From an uncultured virus (IMG/VR IMGVR_UViG_3300016659_000217) (Duplodnaviria > Heunggongvirae > Uroviricota > Caudoviricetes): 25,655 bases of DNA. Of the stretch, positions 16,496 through 24,641 are shown in pieces (the first letter of the stretch is position 1; each line of letters opens with the position of its first letter). The DNA lies in the IMG/VR virus record IMGVR_UViG_3300016659_000217; one strand, 5' to 3'. Below the pieces are notes generated by a model. It saw only the letters and a program-made list of their open reading frames with translations. It was not told the origin of the DNA and made no database searches. Both the position numbers and the translations under genes were made by a program.

Positions 16496-16935
16496 TTGAT
16501 TCTTAACCTTTTATCATGTCCATTTAAAAAATACTTGCCTGCAAAAATCATGTTATCAATTGAGGTTTTCCCAAGCTTGAACTCATTCGCCATCTGTCTT
16601 AGAGACATACCCCTTACGTTCTTATCAATGAATAGGCACAGCGCTGCTTTAGCTGAATCACAAATACGAGTAGAGAATTTTAAGTCTACTATTAACTTAC
16701 GCACTTCTTCTGCTTCATGATCTGTGATTTTGCAGATCACGGCGTCTTTACGGCTACTCTCATACCCTTTGTTATTTTCACAAATCAACCAATAAATCTG
16801 ATTTACACATAAGTTATCAGGAGCATTTCCCGATGCCATTCGACAGGTTTGGACATATGCACCATATTGCTTAAACCATTCTTCTGCCGTGAACTTAGAC
16901 CAATCCATAACTGTTGTTTTTACAATTGCATTCAT
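16492..16935 (-). CDS. Late-gene antiterminator Q-like protein
   Basis: 147 aa; C.ITDHEA motif and C-terminal HTH (MSLRQMANEFKLGKTSI); last early gene before a pR'/tR' arrangement. Confidence 0.75.
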   Translation of the reverse strand: MNAIVKTTVMDWSKFTAEEWFKQYGAYVQTCRMASGNAPDNLCVNQIYWLICENNKGYESSRKDAVICKITDHEAEEVRKLIVDLKFSTRICDSAKAALCLFIDKNVRGMSLRQMANEFKLGKTSIDNMIFAGKYFLNGHDKRLRIN

Positions 16936-17345
16936 CCCAAATCCCCTACCATCTTCTCTATTTGCTCAATCGCTTTGCCGCTTTTCACTTGCTCGGTGCT
17001 AAACCGTATTACTTGATAACCCACCATTGTTGCTGCGTTGTATTTTTCTAAATCACCTAAATAACCCGCTCCTCTTGTGTGCCTGCCATTACTCCAGATC
17101 CCGCCTTCCACTTCGACCAATATCTTTTTGCCCTTCAAATGAAAATCTGCTCTCCATTTACGTGAAGGGTGGAACTTAAACTCCTGCTCAAACTCAATCT
17201 TTAAAGCTCTCAGAGCAGTGGCCAATATCACCTCACCCTCACTCTGTACCTTTTCACCTTTTACCTTTGGGCGCTTAGATCCTCTTTTAGGTTTATTCGC
17301 TCCGATCATCTTTTTGTATTCAGCAATGGAGTAGCTGCTAGTCAA
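16932..17345 (-). CDS. DUF559/Vsr-like endonuclease (nin-region nuclease)
   Basis: EFKFHPSRKWRADF...ILVEVEGG.W..GRHTRG.GY..D.EKYNAA...GY; TTG start at 17345 overlaps the upstream stop. Confidence 0.8.
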   Translation of the reverse strand: MTSSYSIAEYKKMIGANKPKRGSKRPKVKGEKVQSEGEVILATALRALKIEFEQEFKFHPSRKWRADFHLKGKKILVEVEGGIWSNGRHTRGAGYLGDLEKYNAATMVGYQVIRFSTEQVKSGKAIEQIEKMVGDLG

Positions 17346-17689
17346 AGTACCCGCTCCAGCATTGCTAGGCATGAACGGTATGCAAATACACGCTCATCCA
17401 ACCCATCTTTTATTGCACTACCAAGGGAAGCTTTTAGGCTGGCAATTAAGTGAAGATGCCTTGCATTCAGTTTTGCCCATTTCGTTTTATATTCTGAAAG
17501 TTCCTTTTCAAGCATCTCTAAACGCTCAACAGCCTCTTCATGTGTAAGCTTGTTGAAGCACTCACCGTCATAGCGACAAAAGCCAAGCTCTGGGCAATCC
17601 TGTGCAGCACTTTGACAACGTGCCAATGCATTTCCATAAGTGTTGTCATCAGCACTCATAAGGTCGGCTTCACATGGAATGCGATTCAC
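17342..17689 (-). CDS. Hypothetical protein (Cys-rich N-terminus, coiled coil)
   Basis: 115 aa with coupled start/stop overlaps on both sides. Confidence 0.65.
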   Translation of the reverse strand: MNRIPCEADLMSADDNTYGNALARCQSAAQDCPELGFCRYDGECFNKLTHEEAVERLEMLEKELSEYKTKWAKLNARHLHLIASLKASLGSAIKDGLDERVFAYRSCLAMLERVL

Positions 17690-17943
17690 CCCTTCACCTC
17701 AAACAATTGTTTGGCCTTCTCAGATGGGATAAAACCTGCAGGTGTCGCGTCATCACGTAACACGTATCCAGCCTGAAGCAATTGATCTAAATAGCGTTGA
17801 ACTGTGCGTGTAGTCATACCCATCATGCCTTGCACATCGACAACACTGGTCTTACCTCGTTTAGCCAACATCTCCTGCAAAACCAAGATCATTCGCTCAC
17901 CCTGTCTTACAGCTTGTCTTGCACTGAAATTTTGCTGTTTCAT
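17686..17943 (-). CDS. Winged-HTH protein (85 aa)
   Basis: ATGA overlap with the O gene; MGMTTRTVQRYLDQLLQAGYV. Confidence 0.75.
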   Translation of the reverse strand: MKQQNFSARQAVRQGERMILVLQEMLAKRGKTSVVDVQGMMGMTTRTVQRYLDQLLQAGYVLRDDATPAGFIPSEKAKQLFEVKG

Positions 17944-19067
17944 GCTGTAGCTCCCATAAGCGTTCCAGTAAACCCAACTTGCTTGAGGTATGACTCCCAT
18001 TTCTTCGCCTGTGCTGGGTTCATCAGCTTGATTTTGATTCTTGATGCCAGTTGCTCGTATGAGTCACCCGGAGCGCTGTGCTTGCTTGCGAACTCAGGTA
18101 GGTGTGCAAGTTTCTGGGCGAACGCCGAGATTTGTTTTTCAGTGAGTTGCTTCGGTTCACGTTTGGTATTCGTAGAGCCACTTGCTGTAGATCCATCCAC
18201 CATCGTTTTTGCAGCAGCTTGTTTTTCGTATTTGAAATACGCACGAATCAACCAATCAGCAAACAGGTAGGTCAAGAATTGCGGATTATGATTTTTGCCT
18301 TCATTGAAATTTTCAAATGCTGAAAGCTCTCGAGTAAACCAAGTCGCATCTGTGATTTTCTCAACAGGAATTGAATCATTTGCCAAAGCAATTTCATCTT
18401 TCAAAGTTTTTAAAACAAACCAGCTCTCTTTTTTATTTTGATAGTGTTTTTTGATAGTGTTAGTTTGTGGGTTAAAATTCTTTACCACTTGCGGTAAAAA
18501 TTCTTTACCACCTGTGGTTAAAATATTTGACCACTTGGTGTTTAAGGTGGTTAAAAATATTGACCACATTGGGAATTTATCCACAGTAGTAAGGTGGTTA
18601 AAATTTTTAACCAGTACAGATTTCTGATTACCAAGATTTAAATAAAATTCGCCTGCATTTTGAGCTGTATTTTCTCCATATCCGAAGTGGTAAAAATTTT
18701 TAACCACCTCTTTTTTGAACAAAATTAAAGTCTTCACTAGTACTTTTTTAGATGGGAATTTAATGATATTCCCGATGTCATAGTTATCGACTGGCGAAAA
18801 TACATTTCCATATTTTGATTGGTGGTGCTTCTTGATCAGCCCTACTTCTTCAAGCTCAGTTAAGCACTTAATCACTGTAGGACGACTTTTCCTAGACAAG
18901 CTTTCCAACTGGCGTAATGAAAGTGCATCACTCTCCTTCGTCCAACCACGAGTTTTACGGATAATCAGGAGATAGATCTTCACAGATGCATCGCTGATCT
19001 TATTCATTGCTTCATCCACAAACGCATTAGCGACCATGAATGAGTTCGGTATAAATTTATTACTCAC
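17940..19067 (-). CDS. Replication initiator (lambda O-like)
   Basis: N-terminal wHTH IIRKTRGWTKESDALS...SRPTVIKCL.ELEE.GLI; internal iterons. Confidence 0.88.
   Translation of the reverse strand: MSNKFIPNSFMVANAFVDEAMNKISDASVKIYLLIIRKTRGWTKESDALSLRQLESLSRKSRPTVIKCLTELEEVGLIKKHHQSKYGNVFSPVDNYDIGNIIKFPSKKVLVKTLILFKKEVVKNFYHFGYGENTAQNAGEFYLNLGNQKSVLVKNFNHLTTVDKFPMWSIFLTTLNTKWSNILTTGGKEFLPQVVKNFNPQTNTIKKHYQNKKESWFVLKTLKDEIALANDSIPVEKITDATWFTRELSAFENFNEGKNHNPQFLTYLFADWLIRAYFKYEKQAAAKTMVDGSTASGSTNTKREPKQLTEKQISAFAQKLAHLPEFASKHSAPGDSYEQLASRIKIKLMNPAQAKKWESYLKQVGFTGTLMGATA
18468..18707. repeat. Replication origin: six 21-bp quasi-palindromic iterons (consensus GTGGTWAAAA-N3-TTDACCAC) plus a DnaA box
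   Basis: Copies start at 18468, 18491, 18514, 18547, 18594 and 18687; TTATCCACA at 18577-18585; AT-rich tract at ~18400-18465. Confidence 0.85.
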
Positions 19068-19372
19068 TCTTCACCCGCCTCTTCAATGGATTTAATGAAA
19101 CGCCCAAACATAAAAATCTGTCCTGCTCGATGCAAGCTTGAAATGATTTCACCTGCATACCAAGCTGAAATGCGATGATCATTGATCAGCATTTCCATAA
19201 ACTCGTCTCGCGTGACGGCAGCATTCTTTTCATCACCGTTTACCTTGCGTAGGTTTGCCCTGCGGATCTCCAGCAATCCATCCAATGTGCGAAGCACTGG
19301 CTCGTACCATGATTGAAGCTCAATCACCTGCTTATGCTCAGGCTTCTTTTGAATGGCCTTGTTTGTAATCAT
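19064..19372 (-). CDS. Hypothetical protein (possible wHTH)
   Basis: 102 aa with coupled overlaps on both sides. Confidence 0.7.
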   Translation of the reverse strand: MITNKAIQKKPEHKQVIELQSWYEPVLRTLDGLLEIRRANLRKVNGDEKNAAVTRDEFMEMLINDHRISAWYAGEIISSLHRAGQIFMFGRFIKSIEEAGEE

Positions 19373-19632
19373 GGAACCTCCGCTAAGGCTTGTTCAGCTT
19401 TGGTGAGACGGCGTTTTGCATTGAGCTCAATAGTTGAAGCACTACGAACAAACTTTTTGTTTAGGGTTAAGATGCCAATACCGATATACACATCGACGTT
19501 GTTCTCATAAACCTCTGTGATTTCATAAATTCCATCAAAGTTGCCTAAAGCTTCATCAAGTACAACGGAATCGCCGATTAAAAAATCCATATTGTCTTCA
19601 ATGACTTGTTGTGCTAAATTTGTGTTATTCAT
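19369..19632 (-). CDS. Hypothetical protein
   Basis: 87 aa; GAGGG RBS; coupled to the next gene. Confidence 0.7.
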   Translation of the reverse strand: MNNTNLAQQVIEDNMDFLIGDSVVLDEALGNFDGIYEITEVYENNVDVYIGIGILTLNKKFVRSASTIELNAKRRLTKAEQALAEVP

Positions 19633-19661
19633 TAAGATTTACCCTCTGAATTGAATATTTG

Positions 19662-19690
19662 AAAAGCCTGATCCCCAAGATCAGGCTTTT
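19662..19690. terminator. Bidirectional terminator-like hairpin at the end of cII
   Basis: AAAAGCCTGATC-CCCAA-GATCAGGCTTTTT. Confidence 0.7.
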
Positions 19691-20181
19691 TCTTTTTGAG
19701 CATTTGCTGTGTACTTCTGCATTTGCTTAAGCGCTGCCTGATCTACAGCAGTAATCAACTCGATCAAGCCCTGAGTAATTTGGTGGATCTCTTCGTATTC
19801 CGCTGGTGTAATCACCCCATCCTCGTAAGCCTCATACACAACACGGTTTGCTTTTCCGCTCTTAATGTTGTGCTGCATCATTGCCTCAAAGATTGATAGC
19901 TCATGATGTTTGCTTGAGTCGCAATCCACTGGCACTAATGCATAACCCATCTGATGCGCCCATACCTTTAAAATTTCTGGGTTCTGCGTATACATCATGA
20001 TGGTTTCAAGCTTCTTCAAACTCGGTAAGTGATTTGGCATCCCTACGTTGCCGTAGTTGCAAATCGTGTTATGTGAATCACCAGTAACTTGAGCAATTTC
20101 CTTTGGTGAAATCCCTTGCGTCTGATTAATCATTTTAAAAATTGCCGTTTGAGCTTCACGACTTAGTGTTATTTCTTGCAT
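19681..20181 (-). CDS. Phage regulatory CII family protein
   Basis: After cro; N-terminal HTH and AYEDGVITPAEYEEI C-terminus. Confidence 0.8.
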   Translation of the reverse strand: MQEITLSREAQTAIFKMINQTQGISPKEIAQVTGDSHNTICNYGNVGMPNHLPSLKKLETIMMYTQNPEILKVWAHQMGYALVPVDCDSSKHHELSIFEAMMQHNIKSGKANRVVYEAYEDGVITPAEYEEIHQITQGLIELITAVDQAALKQMQKYTANAQKEKA

Positions 20182-20241
20182 TTGTGAAATCCTTGATTTG
20201 TTTCACGTTTATTTAAAAATTATTTAGGTGCAAACTTAGTT

Positions 20242-20430
20242 TTAAGCAGTAAATGCTTGACGGTCAGCTTTTAGCTTGCCTTCTGTTAAAACTTCAAACG
20301 AAGCCTGTGTTCGAGGTGGGATGCCGTTTTTTTCCCATTCGGTAATTGTTGAGCGTGCAGCGGCAATCTTTTGTGCAAGCTGCGATTTGTTTTTCACTTT
20401 ATAAAAAGTAATGAGTTGATCAACAGTCAT
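20242..20430 (-). CDS. cro: Cro-like repressor
   Basis: HTH KSQLAQKIAAARSTITEW...GIP; divergent from cI; ATG at 20430. Confidence 0.85.
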   Translation of the reverse strand: MTVDQLITFYKVKNKSQLAQKIAAARSTITEWEKNGIPPRTQASFEVLTEGKLKADRQAFTA

Positions 20431-20513
20431 ATTCAAAAACCTGAACTTAATAATTCTATTAATTGAACTCTATGTTCAAGTAATTGTCAATTTTATTGTT
20501 CATAATTTTGAAC
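20431..20513. promoter_or_regulatory. oR-like operator cluster: four GTTCA-N6-TGAAC-type sites
   Basis: 20431-20446, 20453-20468, 20474-20489 and 20498-20513 (the last is perfect). Confidence 0.75.
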
Positions 20514-20533
20514 ATACATAATAGAGATTTGCC

Positions 20534-21265
20534 ATGTATCAAGCTGTTTCGGATCGAATTCAAAAACGTATGTCTGAGTTAGAGATTTCTCAAGCAGATT
20601 TAATGCGTGCCACTGGTGCGGCAAGAGGAACTGTTTCAGGCTGGGTTAATGGTAGTAATAGTCCTAGTGCAAAACACTTGGGAGCTCTTTGTGCTGCTTT
20701 AAAGACTACACCGCAATGGTTATTGGATGGAGTATCGACTCCTGAAAAAAGCAATGCAGATTTTGCTACGATGGAAGTAGGTATTTATCAAGCTGGGGAT
20801 CCAGTTCCTGATGGATATGTTGCTATTGATTATTATGATGATGTATTTGTAAGTGCAGGAAATGGGTACTTAAATCTAGAAAAACCAAGTAATAACAAAA
20901 TGTTATTTCCTGTTGATTTAATTAAAGAATGCAATGTTGAGCCAGCAACCACCAAAGTAATTCACGTTCGCGGTGAAAGCATGTTTCCTAAATTAAAAGA
21001 TGGGCAAGCCATATCAATTGATATGTCTGCCAAAACTATATATGACGGTGAAATTTATGCTTTTCAGGTTGGAGATGACACCAAAATTAAATACCTATTC
21101 AACTGGAATGAGCAAGGCAAGGGCGGATTTAAGGCTGTCTCTGCAAATTCTGATAAAAATCAATTTCCTGATGAGTATTACTCCCCTAGCCGGATCGAAT
21201 CAGAAGGCATATCTGTACTAGGTCAGTATTGGTGGAAGCAGGTTGTAAAGCGAATTCGACGCTAA
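20534..21265 (+). CDS. cI: CI-like repressor (XRE HTH + S24 autoprotease)
   Basis: HTH SQADLMRATGAARGTVSGW; SAG cleavage site; GESM (Ser) and TKIKYL (Lys). Confidence 0.93.
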   Translation: MYQAVSDRIQKRMSELEISQADLMRATGAARGTVSGWVNGSNSPSAKHLGALCAALKTTPQWLLDGVSTPEKSNADFATMEVGIYQAGDPVPDGYVAIDYYDDVFVSAGNGYLNLEKPSNNKMLFPVDLIKECNVEPATTKVIHVRGESMFPKLKDGQAISIDMSAKTIYDGEIYAFQVGDDTKIKYLFNWNEQGKGGFKAVSANSDKNQFPDEYYSPSRIESEGISVLGQYWWKQVVKRIRR

Positions 21266-21320
21266 CAATAGGATTGATATAAGAAAACCATTAGTACTGA
21301 GACTTATCTTAAATGCAATT

Positions 21321-21348
21321 AGCCCATCTATACGGTGGGTTTTCTTTT
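21321..21348 (+). terminator. cI terminator
   Basis: AGCCCATC-TATAC-GGTGGGTTTTCTTTT. Confidence 0.75.
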
Positions 21349-21364
21349 ACCTTACAAATCATAA

Positions 21365-21436
21365 GTTCATTAAATTGAATTTATTTTACATTATTAATTG
21401 AACATTATATTGACAACTTAGTTCAATTAATTGAAC
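21365..21436. promoter_or_regulatory. oL/pL-like region
   Basis: GTTCATTAAATTGAAT (21365-21380), half-site 21388-21403, perfect GTTCAATTAATTGAAC (21421-21436); TTGACA at 21410-21415. Confidence 0.75.
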
Positions 21437-21454
21437 ATATATCTCACAGACATT

Positions 21455-21493
21455 AAAAAAGCACTCAAGACTTCGAACCCTTTGAGTGCTTTT
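21455..21493 (+). terminator. Leader hairpin/terminator of the pL operon
   Basis: AAAAGCACTCAA...TTGAGTGCTTTT. Confidence 0.65.
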
Positions 21494-21514
21494 ACAGAAA
21501 CTGCGAGATCAATT

Positions 21515-21943
21515 ATGAACAAAACCTTATCCCCTTTCAATACCATCAAGATATCTCTTGGTGTAGCTGCTGTAACAATAGGAGTGCTTAGCTGTGGGTT
21601 TAAAACCGCACCGCAGGCTGCTCAACCTATCGTTGCTAACGTAGCCCCTTCTGAATATCAACTCCTTGCTTTACGTATGACTGGTGAAAACCACGGCGAA
21701 GCTGTTATTCGTTTAGATGGTTTCCGTGTTACTGCGCGTTTTGAAGTTGAAGCATTTCAAGACAGCTACGGCGTACCGGGTAGTGAATTCACAGCTGTTG
21801 ATGTAACCAACCTAGACAAAGTGACCGTTTCAGATGCCTTAGGCAATCCATATAACGACTTCACAAACCACATCGACCACCAGAACTTCAATGCCCTCAT
21901 CAAAGGCTATATCGAAAAACATCGTTTAGTGGAGGCAGGCTAA
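21515..21943 (+). CDS. Hypothetical protein with N-terminal hydrophobic segment
   Basis: Start moved to ATG 21515 (after operator and hairpin); ISLGVAAVTIGVLSC. Confidence 0.7.
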   Translation: MNKTLSPFNTIKISLGVAAVTIGVLSCGFKTAPQAAQPIVANVAPSEYQLLALRMTGENHGEAVIRLDGFRVTARFEVEAFQDSYGVPGSEFTAVDVTNLDKVTVSDALGNPYNDFTNHIDHQNFNALIKGYIEKHRLVEAG

Positions 21944-22248
21944 TGACTACTTCTACTCAAAAGTTTTCTGAGTTCATCAGCCAAGATGACGAAGGCAACA
22001 TTCGTATGCGCTTAGGTCATTCAACCTACTTTGAAAAAGGCAGCCATATCTATGTGGTCAATAAGGATGGTACCGAACAGTTAATCACGCTTGAGGTTCA
22101 TGCTGCTAAACCTTGGATCCGTGAAAACTTTGAACGTGAACGAGCTTTCCAACAAAGGAAAACCATGGCTATTCGCCTTCAGAAGTCACTCACACGTTCT
22201 TATCCAAAATCATATAAACGAGCTAAAGGCTCACTGTTCTGGGCATAA
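21943..22248 (+). CDS. Hypothetical protein
   Basis: TAATG coupling; GGAGG RBS. Confidence 0.75.
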   Translation: MTTSTQKFSEFISQDDEGNIRMRLGHSTYFEKGSHIYVVNKDGTEQLITLEVHAAKPWIRENFERERAFQQRKTMAIRLQKSLTRSYPKSYKRAKGSLFWA

Positions 22249-22259
22249 GGAGAATCATC

Positions 22260-23024
22260 ATGACAAATACTAATAACCAAAACATGAGCCTATGGGATTC
22301 AGTTTCTATTACTGATCCATCAAAAGTTAAACCAATTACAGGCAAGTCTTACAAGGGTTCGTCACCACAACCCTACTGGTTGGTTAAACGTGCAACTGAA
22401 ACCTTTGGCCCATGTGGCCAAGGTTGGGGAATTGAAATTGTTCAGCAAGGCTTCCAGCAATGTAATGCTGAGACCATGATGCACTACGCCACTGTCCGTA
22501 TTTGGTATATGCAGGATGGGAAAAAGTGCTCAGTTGAGCATATGGGTGGAACCATGGCTATGTATAAGACCAATGCAGGCAAAATGGTCTATGACGAAGA
22601 TGCCCCTAAAAAATCCGTAACTGATGCAATGGTCAAGGCTTTAAGTTTCATTGGATTTGCTGGCGATATTTTCTCAGGCATTTGGGATGACTGGAAGTAT
22701 CAAGAGATGGCGGCTGCTCATTACAACGGCCAACCACAAAATGGAGCTGCTCAACAGAATCAGGCTCAGCATCAACATCAAAACAACCAGCAGTCTAACC
22801 AATCGCAGAATAACAACGCTCAGCAATCAAATTTGCACAGTCGTTATAACGCGGCATTAGAATCCATTCGCCATGCGAAGAAACCTGAAACTCTGGATAA
22901 GGCGATTGAGACCTTTAATGGCACTCAGTACTTTGCAGGTATTTCAAAAGCTTGCCAAGCAAGAGCGGATCAAATGGGTTGGAATCCAGCGAATCAAAAC
23001 CAACAACAAGCTTTACACCACTAA
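22260..23024 (+). CDS. Rad52/Sak-like ssDNA annealing protein
   Basis: TETFGPCGQGWG...DEDAPKKSVTDAMVKALSFIGFAGDIF; Q/N-rich linker; AGGAG RBS. Confidence 0.75.
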   Translation: MTNTNNQNMSLWDSVSITDPSKVKPITGKSYKGSSPQPYWLVKRATETFGPCGQGWGIEIVQQGFQQCNAETMMHYATVRIWYMQDGKKCSVEHMGGTMAMYKTNAGKMVYDEDAPKKSVTDAMVKALSFIGFAGDIFSGIWDDWKYQEMAAAHYNGQPQNGAAQQNQAQHQHQNNQQSNQSQNNNAQQSNLHSRYNAALESIRHAKKPETLDKAIETFNGTQYFAGISKACQARADQMGWNPANQNQQQALHH

Positions 23025-23042
23025 ATTTAGAAGGATAAGAAT

Positions 23043-24017
23043 ATGAACATTTTAAATGGTACTGAAGCTTTCGAAGCAATGATGGCTGGGCGAAATATCC
23101 TGTGCCGAGCTGCAGGTGAATTAATCGCTTTTGATGACTTGGACCAGTTCCCTGCTACCATCTTTTCTAAACCCGGTTATGAGTTTTGCATCAAGATCGA
23201 CACTATCGAAGTTGCGGGCATTACTTTTACAAAACCTTTGACTATTGATGAGTATCAAGAAGGCCAAGATGTATTTGTCATCAATACATACCTTCCATCT
23301 ATTTACGTAGTTAATTTTAAAACTACTGCGCTTGTTGAATCTATTAACAGTGGCTTTGTCCAACGTGATGCTGAGAATGCCGAACTTCAATTAAAAGCAT
23401 TATCTAAATCGCTTGGACGAGATATTGATAGTGTTCCAAGCATAATACGCCTTGGCGAAGAACCAAAGAAACAACGCGCTTCACGTAAAAAGGCTGAAAG
23501 CAAAGTTGATGAAGTCAATCAATCAGAAATCAATACTGTTGATAAGACCGAATCTATGATTAAACAAGCTGAAACTGAAGACTTATCTGTAGAAGCACTC
23601 AAGAATTTACAACAGGATGCAGAGGATCTGATTAAGGGCGTTAATGAACAAATACAAGCAGATGAAAATCGAATAACGCTTTTAAATGACTTGCTTGAAC
23701 GTGCCTCGAATTCCCAAACACCGGCAGAAGCAAATGCGCTTATTAAATACACCAGTGAATGGACTGAAGAACAACGTAAGCCTTTGCTTAACGCTATTCA
23801 CTATCGTTTGAATGAGCTCAGCGCTTCCACTGCAGGTAGTGAGGAGCAACCACCATCATTGATGGTGCAAATCGAAAATGCCAAAGATTTCACTGAATTA
23901 GATTGTTTGGAAATTGAAGTGTATGGCCGTCATCCTGAGATCCAACCAAAGTTGATGGGCTGTGTGAAGCGACGTCGCTTTGAGCTGGAGAATCAATCTA
24001 GTGAGGTGGCTTCATGA
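23043..24017 (+). CDS. Hypothetical phage protein
   Basis: 324-aa ORF with AGGA RBS. Confidence 0.8.
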   Translation: MNILNGTEAFEAMMAGRNILCRAAGELIAFDDLDQFPATIFSKPGYEFCIKIDTIEVAGITFTKPLTIDEYQEGQDVFVINTYLPSIYVVNFKTTALVESINSGFVQRDAENAELQLKALSKSLGRDIDSVPSIIRLGEEPKKQRASRKKAESKVDEVNQSEINTVDKTESMIKQAETEDLSVEALKNLQQDAEDLIKGVNEQIQADENRITLLNDLLERASNSQTPAEANALIKYTSEWTEEQRKPLLNAIHYRLNELSASTAGSEEQPPSLMVQIENAKDFTELDCLEIEVYGRHPEIQPKLMGCVKRRRFELENQSSEVAS

Positions 24018-24163
24018 AGTTTGAGTACTCAACCTTAACCCGGACGCTCACAGTGTTCGGGGTGAAAATGACACATATTTTCGACAAGGTGAACGCCAGT
24101 GAAATTGATGCATTAGTTATTAATGCAAAGTTAAAAGAAGCACGTTGGAGAGATAGAAAATGA
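24014..24163 (+). CDS. Small hypothetical protein (49 aa; MKFEYSTLTRTLTVFGVKMTHIFDKVNASEIDALVINAKLKEARWRDRK)
   Basis: Translated by hand; GAGGTGG RBS; ATGA overlaps at both ends. Confidence 0.8.
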   Translation: MKFEYSTLTRTLTVFGVKMTHIFDKVNASEIDALVINAKLKEARWRDRK

Positions 24164-24345
24164 CTAACCTCCAACACATCGCCCAAGACCTTGCCGAAGA
24201 ATTTGCACCATTGGTCATAGGCCAGTCAGGTACTACAAAAACATTCACGGCGGAGCAAGCCTCTGCCCTGTACAAGATTTTAGTTTATTGGGGGTATCCC
24301 GATGAGGGACCCAAGTCAGAAGTTGAAGTAAAGGAGGTGTCTTGA
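24160..24345 (+). CDS. Small hypothetical protein
   Basis: 61 aa; GGAG RBS; coupled overlaps. Confidence 0.7.
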   Translation: MTNLQHIAQDLAEEFAPLVIGQSGTTKTFTAEQASALYKILVYWGYPDEGPKSEVEVKEVS

Positions 24346-24638
24346 TGGGGGTATTAAAGTACATCATTACAGTTGAGTCAGACACACCTCCACAAGTCAT
24401 GCTTGGCCAGAACATCGGTGGTGGTATTGTCAAAGAGCTGAAAGAAGTTGAGGCGGAGCTACTTTCAGCTTCGCAACTGGCTCAAAAGTATAATTTGAGC
24501 GTAGATACAATTCGTAGAAAACTTAAAGAATTCAATCAAGGAACGGCGGGCAAGTATCTATACAATCCAAAGATTGCTGATGGAATCCTTAGTGCTAAGA
24601 CTAAACGTGGAACTGGTGGGGCTAGACGCAAAAATTAG
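24342..24638 (+). CDS. HTH DNA-binding protein, probable excisionase/recombination directionality factor
   Basis: LLSASQLAQKYNLSVDTIRRKL; basic tail; next to the integrase; start TTG 24342 or ATG 24345. Confidence 0.65.
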   Translation: MMGVLKYIITVESDTPPQVMLGQNIGGGIVKELKEVEAELLSASQLAQKYNLSVDTIRRKLKEFNQGTAGKYLYNPKIADGILSAKTKRGTGGARRKN

Positions 24639-24641
24639 CGT

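Noticed and set aside
17944..18000. N-terminal extension of ORF 17686..18000
   Set aside because: The ATGA overlap supports a start at 17943
21431..21514. N-terminal extension of ORF 21431..21943
   Set aside because: The TTG lies in the operator and the extension crosses the leader hairpin
858..24433. Short antisense or alternate-frame ORFs (e.g. 2036..2389, 17797..18270, 23121..23390, 23998..24186)
   Set aside because: They overlap well-supported genes, lack recognisable motifs and are most likely shadow ORFs
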